From: Chara braunii
Taxonomy: Eukaryota; Plantae; Charophyceae
Reading direction: 5' to 3'
Assembly: GCA_003427395.1 (NCBI GenBank)
Contig: BFEA01000001.1
Location: 12,823,012 to 12,887,011, forward strand
DNA: 64,000 nt
The position numbers and the translations under genes are program-made. Of the stretch, positions 22,262 to 35,173 are shown in pieces. Under the pieces are notes generated by a model. It had not been told where the DNA came from and made no database searches. It was given only the letters and a program-made list of their open reading frames with translations. Numbering within the stretch: the stretch's first letter is position 1; each line of letters begins with the position of its first letter.

Positions 22262-24768
22262 TCGCTACCCCATCTCTTCATCAACTCCCCTGCTCGGCAC
22301 AACGTCACCCGATACGTCAAGTCCGCCACCTCATCTCAACACCATCCCCTCCATACTATTTACCTTTTCGATCGTGTAAGCCTACCTCTCCCACGATCTC
22401 CAAATGTAACCATCTCTACGCCCACGTAGGAGCCGCTGCAACTCGTCACTTCACTTGCCACTGCAGCATAGCATCCTATCTCTAGAAATCGTGAAAACAG
22501 GTTCGAGAGGCCTCATCGGCGCACTGCGCTCTCGAAGGGGGCGCTCTCCGCTGTGTCGGAAAAGACCTGCGTTTTTCGAGAGTGCACTGTGGCGGTGCTG
22601 TGACGCCCAACCTCACGCCTGGCGCAACTTCCTGATCGGAGTGGGGTATGGGCTTGGAAGTGCGGAAAGGGGTGTGCCAAGGATTTTTGGGAAAGTGGGG
22701 GAGTCTTGAGGGTATGAATGCAATTAGGCGAATAGGGGGTGCGTGCGCGAGGGACTCAAGGTCAGATGGGGCTGGGGCACTGTGGGCGACGGTTGACGGG
22801 GAAATCCCTCCGCGGTGGAGGCGGTTCTGAAAAGTTGGGCCGTCGGGGCCCGCCACGTGGCGCAGGCCGCCGCGCGCTTGGATTGGGCCTTCGGAATTCC
22901 GAAGTTCTCTGTTCGCCGCGACGTCGGCAATTCACGCAAAATGTACCGGGCAATAGGGGGCTATGGCCGGCCACGGGACGACGCTGAGTTGATGATACCG
23001 GAGAAGAAGGCGGAAAGGAGGGAAACTGGTGGTTATCTCAACAAATTCCGGGTGGGTGAAGTAGTAGGTGTGGTCGGGAGAAGGGAAATCGGAGCATCGA
23101 GGGTCGCTAGAGGTGGCACAGTGGAATTCCCGCGGACATAGCCGATTCTCCGTGTGACAGGGGTATCGTGTCCTTATGAGCTCGTTTATTATAGGGGTGA
23201 AATAGTTCGGGTCATAGGACGAGTCTGAGCTTCAAGATCGCGTCATGGTATCATCGTCCATGGGATAGCGCAGGTCGGGATATCGTCACCGCGCACGAGC
23301 ACGTGTAGGACAGGCAGACTCAGTGGCGCCTCAGCGTGCTCGTACGGGATGATGGTTCCGCCGTGATTCCTTTTTGGGTGAGTGAATCGACGCACGGGAA
23401 TGCGTGTAAGGGCACACGCGGCGTTCGCGAGACCAGACTTCGGATCGTCGATTATGCAAGATGCAATCATATCGCAACCCCCATCGCGGGATAAGCAAAA
23501 AATGAGAACAAAATTACTATCGGGGCCAGATTCTTATCCCATCTACAGCGACATCAGGTGCAGGCAAAGATTCGACACAGACATAACGCAAGGACGCGGA
23601 TTCTCAACAAAAAGATAGACAAGCAGTCATAACATCCATACATCCATACATTCGGCAATCATACACATAATGCAAGCAGTACAGACATCGCAAGGACAAA
23701 TGTGAGCAAAAACCCAAGCCCAGATTTCCGAAAGCCGAAACGAAAATAAGAACGGGCAAACCGCCCGGACCCGCAATCAAAATGTATGTACACAGATGAA
23801 GAGGGGGAAGAGACAATAAAACAACAAATTCGCGTCCATCGACCTCAACTGTTTCCTCTCTCTCTTTCTCTGCGATGCGGACAGTCCGTCGTCACGCACC
23901 AACCCACGAAGTTGTCACCCCGCTTAGTCCTCCCGCACCCGTCGGATTCGCCCGTGCCCACAGTCTGTCGTGGCCCACGTCAATCCCGTGCGTTCGGCAC
24001 CAGCCCGTCGGGTCGCCCAACTCCTGCTCTACTCACTTCTTACTTCGCTCGTGTGCCGACCCTTCCTGATCGCGCAACCCCGAGCTTCCAACAACGGGTT
24101 AAGAGAGCTGACTAATCGCGCAGCCGAAATTTATAGCGTGCATGCATGCGAGAAGAACACGGAATTACTAGGACTTAGAGTGAGGATCAGAGAGGGAACG
24201 TCTGCGTTCTGCATGAGCGGCCGCGGCGTGGGNGACGTAACCCTTCTCCACGCATCGATCCGAGCATGCAAGTCGCGACTTACAAAAATTTCAGCGAAAG
24301 AAAGAGAGGGAGGGCGGGAGAGACGAAGTGCAAGAAGAAAGATACAGTTACAATGGCGCCTGCCCAAAATTACAGTTACACACACGATTTAAGGGCGCCC
24401 GCTAATCAGAGTACCGTTGCAGCCTCGTGAAGAATCGCGTAGACAAAAGGCGCCGCGCGGCAGGAAAAATCCTAATTACTGACTTCCTAAATTCCTATCT
24501 GATGCGAAAAAACAAAAAGCACAAATTCCAGGAGGAAAGTTCGAAATTCCGAGAGCCCTTGGGGGCTTGACAAAATTCGAAAAGATTCAAAAGGAAATAC
24601 AAAAGGAACGAAGCAATTTCCCACGCGATGTCCGCGCCCAAAAGATCGAAACCGAACCGAAAGAAACGTCGTCAACATTTATTAATCGCGCGCGTGGTGG
24701 TGCGCCAGACATCCATCCGACCAATCAATCAATCGGCCGTCCCAGGACACACCCAACTCTGAACCCAG

Positions 24769-27212
24769 TCATCCGGCAAGGGGCGACGAAAAAGACGAAG
24801 AAAAAAAGGGTACTGATGCAATTTTCCACCGATCCCAATTTCCCGTAATTGGTCCAATCTTCCCAGCTTCGGACCCCTCGTTGCAACTGTGCAGAAAATC
24901 GCACGTTACAGAAAGTGGTTCGTCACATATGTGACGCCCAGGGGGTTCCAATATTAGCAAGCTCCTGCTTGCTTGTTGATACGTGTCGATTTCTCTAATC
25001 GATCGACACGCGGAGCACTTCTCTTTATGCCACTTACCGTTCGATTGTGTGTGGACGTCATCCAACGTGACAACACTGCTCTTCTGCAAGTTCCTCAGAC
25101 TGGGCTCTCGACGATCCAAGGATGGGGTCTTTCTTGTGCCGTCGCCATGACAAGCGTCCATTACCGGTTGCATCAGTAATTAATCAGGAGGGGGAAAGGG
25201 AGTCGCTACATGGCGGCATGGTGGGGCGGAGGGTTTATGGGTAGCAAGGGCAAGAGCCTTTCCATTCCACCTACAGTCTCCGAAAGTTCTTGGTAGCGAA
25301 AGATGTGGTGAAAGCGGGGGAAGCGGTTGCCAGTGCGAGGGAGGGACGCGAGATAATCGGGATAGAGGGTGGTAAGAGTCCGGAAGAGTGCCACACGGAA
25401 ACGATCGCGATCTTCGCATGCGGGGATGGTCCCCGTTATCACGCAGTAGACCTCGATCATATTGTGGCCTCGCCACGCGGCACTAAAGAGCAAGACATAG
25501 AGGCAGAAGGCTGGGACGACGCATCGAATGGAGGGGTGGGGATGTACCACTATAGCGAGGCGAGCAACGTAGAAGTGGTGGAAGGTGTCACGGGGAAACG
25601 GATTGGAGGGGAACGTGATGGGGGTGGTGAGCTGGCGGAGGGTGAGGTAGTCAAGGGGACGGCGAGAGAGTAATCGGGGACGAAGGCCGATCGCCCGTAT
25701 CGGTACGTCGGCAAACTAGGGGACGGGTTGGGGAGGAGGGGGATCGGCTCCGTCGCCGCGCTGATGGGGTCGGAGTCGTGGCCTCGAGGTCGCCAACTTC
25801 AGGCCGGGGCGGCTCCGGATCTCGGTTCGGGTCGTTGGGAATCTGCAGGCTCGCCCCGCTTGCGAGCTCTAACTCTTTCCCGTCCACGATCTCTTCTCTT
25901 TTGCGGGCCGCCTCGAGATCCTTTGCTTCTGTACCCGTACGCAACGCTTCTTCTAGCACGGCTTCCCACTCTGATCCAGCAGGCTCTTCGTCGTGCTCCT
26001 CTTCTTCTTCCTCGTCCTCTTCTTCTTCTTCGCTCTGTTCCCCCTCGCTATGCTCGCTATAGCTTCCTTCTTCGGGGCTTTCGTCTTCTTCCCCGAGCTC
26101 TTCGTCGCTATCCCCGCGTTCTCCAGCCCGTCTTCATCTTCATCACTCCCGGTACTGTCTTCCTCCTCCTCTTCTTCTTGAATGGCCGCAAACTGCTCCG
26201 TCGTAGGATGCTTGAAGAAGGCAGGATCGCGAATCGTCCGGGGATTCAAATATTGTTGCTGCGACGGCGGGATGCGCTCTGCAGCTCCATCTACACAAGC
26301 CGACCATTGAAGATAAGGTGTCAATGTGCGAGAAAGTACATGGGGAATTGGATGCTCGTCGTCTTGCGAGATGATGTCGAGAGGGAGATCGTCAGCCAGC
26401 TCCGCCACCGGGATCGCGAGCTCTCGCGTGATGAGTTTCTGATGACCGGGCCTCACTGTACCGAATAGGAATGCGAGGAGCTCTCCCTCCACGTTGGTTC
26501 GCCAGGCCTGGATGAACAGCAACTCAGGCGCTCTATGCAAGGTGGGTGCGCTTCGTCTTCGATCCACGTCAGCCGTACCTCAACCAAGCACAGTGAAAGC
26601 TCGATGAAGACTTCACGCCACAGGACCCAATGGGGAGGATGGATATCGGGGACAGCAAGGGGCTTTAGACAGTAGGAAAGGCGAGGATGGATATCGGACT
26701 GCCAGAAGGTGGGGAAGGTGGAGGGAAGATCAAAAGCGGAGATCGGGGAGAGACTCATTGGGGACGTGGGAAGGGAACGAGGACAGGGAGATCTGTCGGC
26801 GTCTTACGCTGATACATCAGCAGGCCGTCGAATTCGATCGCTTGTGTCGATGCGAGAAGATGGGTCCACTCGGCGACCAGGTCATTTGCCCACGCGCGCA
26901 ACGATGCCTTCACTGCTGAATGCCGTAGGGGAAGGAGCGTGGAGAGATCGCCCCGGAAGTTGATGACGACCGATATACGGCTGACCCCTGGCACTGCTCG
27001 CTGATGGACTGCTACTGCTTCGGCCAGTACCACCGCGTCAGGCCGACCTTCGATTCTGAACACCGTCGCTGCGTACACGCCTTCTGTGCAGAAGAAGTGC
27101 ACAAGCCGCCGATGATCTGGACTGAGGCAGGGATGATAGACCTGCCGGATCGTCAATCGATCACGGGGCGCAAGCGCTGCTTCGCTGAGGACCCTTCCTC
27201 CAGAAAACTCAT
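24769..27212 (-). pseudogene. Element B accessory ORF chain (homologues of A 17617-19984)
   Basis: ORFs 27212-26755, 26758-25651, 25460-~25173 and 25173-24769 with ATGA/TGATG overlaps. Confidence 0.7.
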
Positions 27213-28908
27213 GGCGATGGCGACAGTGACGGGGAGGCAGAGAGGGAGCAAGAGGAAGAGGGAGACGGCGGAGAGTCAGAGCCGTCGTTGTCGGCTTCCT
27301 CAAAAAGAAAGATCGAGGGAGAAGGATACGGATCAGAGGGGAGGAGGCGAAGATAGGACACGTGGCGTGTGATCGGGCGAGCCGATCGACTGCCAGAGAC
27401 TTCAAGGGCGAGACGCACGGTGTGCACGCCGTTGGGGCCGAGCTCGATCACACGATATCGCCCGAAGAATCGTGGTGCTACCTTACCATGGCGAGCACAT
27501 TTCCTCACCTGCACCACGTCCCCCAATTTGTACTGGGGCCGCGGACCCGCATTCCCATTTCGGGCCTAGTAGCTCCGGACCTGTCGGCCTTGGGCTAGTT
27601 CGGTCATTTTCTGTCGTTTTCGGGCTAGCCTGGGCAGTGACCGTTCCATTAGCTCTAGGTGTCGTTTGGCCTTGTCCGTAGCCGTGGCCCTGGTGGGCCG
27701 TCGGTTCAATGTAGACTCATCTAGGAGGCTTGGTATCGAAACGCAAGCGATGCTATTGGTCCTTAATTGGAAGGGGCTTAACCCCGTCGATTCGTGGGGC
27801 GTTCCGTGGACCGCCAGAATGTGATCGACGATATCGGGCCAGGGCCTCGGATCCCGTGCCGCGATGTTTCGTCGCAATGCTGTTTTTATTACCCGGTTAG
27901 CATTTTCGACCAGCCCATTGGATTGTGACATGTGGGGTGCAGTGTTCCGTATGGCGATGCCATGTATGACCAGATTCTTTAACACTGCTCCCCTTAATTC
28001 AGCCCCGTTGTCGGTTAGGATCTCTTCCGTATCCTGATGCATCCCGAGGAAACGGTTGACATATCGCGCGATCTCCGTGGCTTGCCGCGTGCGACAAGGA
28101 TCCGCTTCGATCCATTTCGAGAAATGGTCGACAAATACCAATAAGACTGAATACTCGCAACTATTAGGGCCAGGGGGCACCACTACATCGGTAGTGTCCA
28201 TGCTCACTCTTTGAAATGGCCGTTCAACAACCGTGGGCACTATCGATCTCGGTGGCTGAATCGACGCTTTATCAGCGGCGCAGACTTGACAGTTGGTGAC
28301 AATGTATTTCACATTGTCACGGATATTGGACCAATACCACTCATTTTTGTCGATGGCTGACTCCGTGATTCGTACGGCAAAATGGGCCGCATTTTCCTCG
28401 TGGGCTGTCTTAACCCAGTCATACCGCATGAACGAATGCGGTACCACCATCCAAATCCCACTGCTGTCCGTTTTCCGTTTTTTTAATTTACCTTCTATCC
28501 ACCGATAATCCCCAGCCCTTTCGTTGGCCCTCCTCCGATCTTCCTTGGTGAAATCCTGGAGGGAGGCAATATCAGTCCATACTTTAACCCCTCTAAACTT
28601 CCGGGTCTTTTCCAACCCTTATGACGTGGCATCCAAGAAGCGAGCCTCGGTGGAATCTTGTCGGTCCGGCACAAGGGGCACAACCACGGTTTTCTATCGT
28701 TCCTGTATTGGATGCACGAGCCATGAGCTCGCGCGACACACTGTTGGCAATCTATCCAATCCGCATACCCTTCCCCGTTAGGGCGCATGGAAACCGAATA
28801 TACGCGGGAGATAGCTTCGCAAAAATAGCAAAATTTGTCAGGCAGGGAGAGGAGAGACGAAGAGGAAGGGGGAGAGAGAGGGGTAGTGGGGTTACCTCCA
28901 TCACCCAT
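27209..28908 (-). pseudogene. Element B PHD-integrase ORF
   Basis: intact PHD CYFC...WIDCQQCVARAHGSC...WLCPLC; HEENAAH...CQVC; DDE motifs; frameshift near 28630. Confidence 0.9.
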
Positions 28909-31900
28909 CGCCACCGTTTTGCTTCTTGCCACNTGGAAGAACCGCCACTTGTCCGTATTTCGGCTCGTTGGTCAAGTCTGGCTCTTTCCATGGTGTAATT
29001 TCCTCGCTCTTTGGTACCTTGGCAGGTCGATGCAGACGTGTGCGTCCGTCCGCATTGTCGTGTCGATCTGTCTTTTGATGGACGATATCGAAGTCGTACT
29101 CTTGCAGTCGCACCGCCCAACGGCCAATCATGCCCGTGTAGGTGGTGAGCTTTTTCAATGCTAGCAGAGGCTCGTGATTCGTCACGAGGCGAAACTTCTG
29201 TCCGTAGAGATACGGATGGAAGTGTTGGATTCCCCAGACTACCGCATAACACTCGCCTTGAGGTGCGGAGTCGTTTCGGCGTTCATCTGGCACTGTGCGT
29301 GACGCGTACTTGATGACGTGTTCGCGACCATCGTTCCTCTTCTGCGCTAGAATAGCGGAAATAGCTTCCGGTTGCCAGTCTGTGATGAGAATGTACTGCT
29401 TTGAGGGGTCCGACCGAATCAAAATAGGGTTCGTCGCCAGAGCGTCTTTGAGGGTTGCAAAGGCCTGCTGGCACTCCGCGTCCCAGCTGAGAGGCTGGTC
29501 CTTTCTTAGCAGATTCGTTAATGGTCGTGCAATCGCGGCAAAACCCTTGATGAAGCGCCGGTAGTACGACGCCAACCCCAAGAAGGCTCGAACCTGCGTC
29601 TGTGACGTGGGAACCGGGGCTTCCTTCACCGCCGCAACTTTTCTCGAGACCAGCCGCAATCCTCCACGTGACGTATCCCAATAACGAAATTTCCGAGAGC
29701 AAAAATTCGCTCTTCTCGAGCGCAATCTTGAACCCAGCGTCTCGCAACGCGCCCAATGTCCATTCGATATGCTGCGCGTGCCCGTGATAGGTTTCCGAGT
29801 AGACCAGGATATCGTCCATATACACGATCACGCAGANGTTGATCATCCCTTGCGTCAGCCGTGTCTTGTTGACGAAATTCTGGAACGTCATGTTCATTGC
29901 TCGCTGAAACGTGGCAGGCGCATTGCAAATCCCCATCGGACACCGAACCCACTGCCACGTGCCCTCAAATAGTACAAAGGTCGTCTTTGGCCGAATATCG
30001 AACTTGCTGAAATAATTAGCGCATCCAATAGTATCCAATAAATCATCAATCTAGGGGAGGGGATACACATCTTTGATAGTGATTTCATTCAGCTTGCGAT
30101 AATCAATGCAAATGCGAATCGCTCCATTTTTCTTTGGCACTAACACTACGGGAAATGACCAAGGTCCGGTAGCGGGTTCAATCCAGCCACTGGCTTCGAA
30201 CTCTCGAATTCGTTCGAGAGCCTTTTTGCGTTCAATCAAGGAATACCGATAAGGTTTGCAATGAATCGGGGAGTGATTTCTTGTCTGAATTTCATGTTGG
30301 ATTACTAACGACAACCCAATGTTAGTGTCTGATACACTAATCGCTCCTTGATATTCTGTTAGAATATCCGCAATTACCCGATGGATTTCATCCGGCACGT
30401 ACTGTGGGACGTGCAGTTCGAAAAGTTGGTCCCAGAACCGAACGTCAATCTGTTTCGTGCTCGCCTGTTTTGCCAAGTCGGGTGGAGGTGCCGAGATGAA
30501 TGAATGGTTCGATCGCCAGGAGAACACCGTGCCCATCATCTGGGCATCTTCTTCCCGGATGGCCACGTGTCCTTCCGGGGTAATCCCGTCACAAACATCC
30601 CGCCATGGCACTTTCTTGGTTGCGATCTTTATCCTCAGTCCGTCTGTTTCTGCTTCGAAACGCCCAGGGGGTTCCAGAGAGCTTGCTTCCGCCCCCAAGC
30701 GTAACAACCTCACTTCTTTAGCCGATGTTAACAAGGACTGGGGTAGATCCGTAATGTCACAATAATGCTTCTTGTCGCTATACCGGGCGAGGAGAGGGGT
30801 GATTCCTTCGTACAGAGTTTGAGGGGGTTCCAAAGAATCGACCATCCTCGAAATCTGTACGAGGGGCTCACCCAAGATCATTGCCTTGGTTCTTTGAATT
30901 TTTCGGCTTGTCAGTTGCATCGTTCTCGCTATTGTTCTAGGCGACGGGTAATGAACGCGTTGTCGTAACAACTCCAAGATCTCGGATCATATTCGTCACT
31001 GCTTTCCACATCATTTGACGATTTTTCCTTTGCGGATTCATCCCAGGAGATCATGCGGAGAGTCCTCGCCATCATCGGCGAAACCCGCGGAACCGCGTTT
31101 ATAGTAGTGCGAAAGGTCAATCGCATGGCCACAGCGTAGGGCTTTCTTCCTGTATTTCGGAGGACGATCGATCGTTGTTTGAAGTCCAGGTTTGCTCGCA
31201 ACGCCACAAGGGCGGGAAGTCCGAAAAGAACGTCGTACGTGTTGACATCTAGTATTACGACATCCCCAAGCGTGTGCACTTTACCCAATCGAAAAGCGAC
31301 ATTGGTCATTCTTCCCACGGTTTTAATCCTTTCTTCGTCAGCCGGAACGAGCTGATCTTTCTTAGAAAGCATGATCAGGTCGTTCTTTCTTTCTGCCCTT
31401 TCGACCACTCTCAGTGAAATAGCCAACACAGTTGCTCCTGAATCTATAATCGCATTGTAAGGAATTCCCCAGATTTCTATAGATTTCCACGGAATTGGTT
31501 TAATTCGTAGGAAGTGATCATCTTTCTGGATTAAACCGACCCGTATCAGATCCGAAGTACCTACTGGACTTTCTTCGGGCTCGGCGGCCTCTTCCGTGGT
31601 GGCCAGGGCACACTTCCCCCACCCTCTACTTCTTCCATTAAAGCTCCGACTCGTCCAGGTCCGTTGGAGATGGGAGCCGCAGCCATAGGTGCGACCCCGA
31701 TCCGCTGTTGTGGGGGTCGGTGGGGGCAATCACGGGCTAGATGTCCTGGCTGATGACAGACATAACAGACATTCAGATTATTTGCAACTCCTCCGAGCGC
31801 AGGTGCCGGGGCTAATCCTTGCTGCATTAGAGGGGCGCGTACCGCAATGGGCTGCATGTTCCTCATCATGGCCTCCAGCCGAGCATTGTGCTCTCGCTGT

Positions 31901-32766
31901 TCTTTTTTGCTTTCCTGGATTAAACTTAGCAATGTTTTGGTTAGTTCAAAAATGGCCGCCGATTCGTTCGATCGTACAGGAGCCTCAACCGGCGGCGGGG
32001 GTAATGCCCTGACGGGCGGGGGTATCATAGGAGCAGAGATGTTCGGAGTCTCGCTTAGGATTACTCGTTTGGGGCCTATCTGTTCCATATAGGTGACAGG
32101 TCCTGATACAAACCCCATGTTTTCAAATTTGTTCTGCAAGGCAGCCAGCTCCGCTCTCGCTCGTGCGAGCTCGAGCGAATCTCCGTCTCTAGGGTAGTCT
32201 TCTCCTTCCAGAAAGTTCGCCGCGAACTTCCTTTCCATTTCTTCCGCAGCAGCCATAATCTGTTGTAGCGTATGAGTGATGGGGGAAAATTGCTTACGCA
32301 ACTTAGCCCTTATTGTCCGGCTGCGGAGTCCGTCAATGAACAGATCTCTCCCTACTTGCTCCCCTTGCTGAGTTTTTACGAACATTCTGTAGAACCGATT
32401 TCGATATTCTGCAACGGATTCGAGAGGTTTTTGCACTCGGTCCTTGATCATGTACAGTGCTTGCTCAGGGTGAACATAATCGAATCGGTTCATAAAGTCC
32501 CGCTCGAAGGTCGGGAGATCCACCCATACATAGGTACTAAACCAATGATGAGCGTCTCCTCCCATTCGAGCCGGAATGTTGATCTGTGCTTCGTTGTCAG
32601 TGTACTGTTGGGCTCTAAGTGTGGCCAGCCATGCTCCTGCGAGATGGTGTGCGGGATCGAACAAATAGAGATCAGGTGGCGTCAAGGGAGCTCGTGCACG
32701 TGGGGCAGGTTGATTTTGTGGGTTAGCATTTTGTTGCGGAACCGGGTTCTGCACATTGGCAGCCAT
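28901..32766 (-). pseudogene. Element B gag-protease-RT-RNase H polyprotein (disrupted)
   Basis: [37 protein letters not shown] and RNase H motifs; ends GGDG*. Confidence 0.92.
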
Positions 32767-35173
32767 ATTGGCTGCTCGTCGGTTAGCCGATCTGCTTCGG
32801 GTGATGATAGGGTCACGTCTATGCGCGTTCCGAGGGCAAGGTCGCCCACGGTTAGCCAGGTCGCCTAATTAACGTGCTATCAATCCTAAGACCCTGGCCA
32901 CGTGTCGGGCTCCAATACCAACCTCACGCCCGACGCGACTTCCTCATCGGAGTGGGGTATGGGCCTGGAAGTGCGAAAAGGGGTGTGCCAAGGATTTTTG
33001 GGAAAGTGGGGGAGTCTTGAGGGTATGAATGCAATTAGGCGAATAGGGGGTGCGTGCGCGAGGGACTCAAGGTCAGATGGGGCCGGGGCACTTTGGGCGA
33101 CGGTTGACGGGGAAATCCCTCCGCGGTGGAGGCGGTTCTGAAAAGTTGGGCCGTTGGGGGTCGCCACGTGGCGCAGGCCGCCGCACGCTTGGATTGGGCC
33201 TTCGGAATTCCGGAGTTCTCTGTTCGCCGCGACGTCGGTAATTCACGCAAAACATACCGGGCCAATAAGGGGCTATAGCCGGCCACGGGACGACGCTGAG
33301 TTGATGATACGGGAGAAGAAGTCAGAAAGGAGGGAAACTGGTGGTGATCTCAACAAATCCCGGGTGGGTGAAGTAGTAGGTGTGGTCGGGGGAAGGGAAA
33401 TCAGAGCACCGAGGGTCGCTAGAGGTGGCGCAGTGGAATTCCCGCGGACATAGTCGATTCTCCGTGTGGCAGGGGTATCGCAGCCTTATAAGTTCGTTTA
33501 TCCAAGGGGTGAAATACTCCGGGTCGTAGGATGAGTCTGAGCTCCAAGATCGCGTCATGGCATCATCGTCGATGGGATAGCTCGGGTCGGGTTATCGTCA
33601 CCGCGCACGAGCACGTGCAGAACAGGCGGACTTAGTTGCGCCTCAGCGTGCTCGTACGGGATGACGGTTCCACCGCGAATCCTTTTTTGAGTAGGCGAAT
33701 CGTCGCACGGGGATGCGTGTAAGGGCGCGACTCGAATCGCGTTTACATGTGTTCTCGCGCGGCGTTCGCAGCTCCAGTCTTCGGATCGTCTAATTGCTTC
33801 GTAAGTTTCGATTATGCAGGATGCAACCATAGCACAACCCCATCGTGAGACAAGCAAAAACGAGAACAAAATTGCTATCGGGGCCAGATTCTTCTCCCCT
33901 CTACAGCGGCATCAGGTGCGGGCAAAGATTCGACACAAACATAAAGCAAGGGCAAGGATTCTCAGCAAAAAGATAGACAAGCAGGCATACATCCATACGT
34001 CCATACTATCGACAATCATACACACAATTCAATCAGGACAGACATTGCAAGGACAAGTGTGAGCAAAAACCCAAGCCCAGATTCCAGAAAGCCGAAACGA
34101 AAATAAGAACGGGCAAAAACCGCCCGGAGCCGCAATCAAAATGTATGTACACAGATGAAGAGGGGGAAGAGACAAAGAAACAGCAAACCCGCGTCCATCG
34201 ACCTCAACTTTCTCCTTCTCTCTCTTTCTCTCTGATGCGGACAGTCCGTCGTCACGCACCAACCCACGAAGTTGTCACCCCGCTTAGTCCTCCCGCACCC
34301 ATCGGATTCGCCCGTGCCCACAGTCCGTCGTGGCCCACGTCAATCCCGCGCGTTCGACACCAGCCCGTTGGGTCGCCCAACTCCTACTCTACTCACCTCT
34401 TACTTCGCTCGTGTGCCGACCCTTCCTGATCGCGCAACCTCGAGCTTCCAACAACGGGTTAAGAGAGCTGACTAATTGCGCAGCCGAAATTTATAGCGTG
34501 CATGCATGAGCGAAGAACACGGAATTACCAGGACTTAGAGTGGGGATTAGAGAGGGAGCGCCTGCGTTCTGCACGGTCGGGCCGCGGCCTGGGGGACGTA
34601 ACCCTTCTCCACGCATCGATCCGAGCATGCAAGCCGCGACTTACAAAAATTACAGCGAAAGAAAGAGAGGGAGGGCGAGAGAGACGAAGTGCAAAAAGAA
34701 AGATAGAGTTACAATGGCGCCCGCCCAAAATTACAGTTACACACACGATTTAACTATTCTCCTAGAAGACGAAGTTGAGAAAGTTGGGATTGCGTATAGG
34801 GGTTGTGGGAGTTGTGCTTAAGATTCCCCTGTAATCTACTTAACAAAGTCTACTTATCTTAATCTGCTAATCTACTTATCTTGATCTGCTAGTTGCCAAG
34901 TGTACGGTTATAGCTAAGGCTATTCCTATGACTATATCTAACACAGAGCCTATACGGCCCGTCCTCAGCCTATTGCCGACTGAGGGGAGTGGCGAATCAC
35001 ACTGTCGCTCCCTGCTTGTGTTACTAACACTCTCCTCCCTGCCCTACCCATTGCGAGCTACTGCGCTTGCCGACTGAAACCGAGTGCCCTGGTATGTAGA
35101 GACATGTGTGGTGTGGGGGGGGGGGGGGGTGCAGGAGAGGGAGAGAAAATAGGGGGACTCTATGGCTAGCAAC

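Larger units (their letters stand above)
22599..34753 (-). mobile_element. Element B: second copy of family A, inverted; 5' LTR truncated at the LINE boundary
   Basis: reverse complement of A throughout; 3' LTR 22599-24927; PBS 32908-32920 (TGGTATTGGAGCC); partial 5' LTR 32921-34753. Confidence 0.95.
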
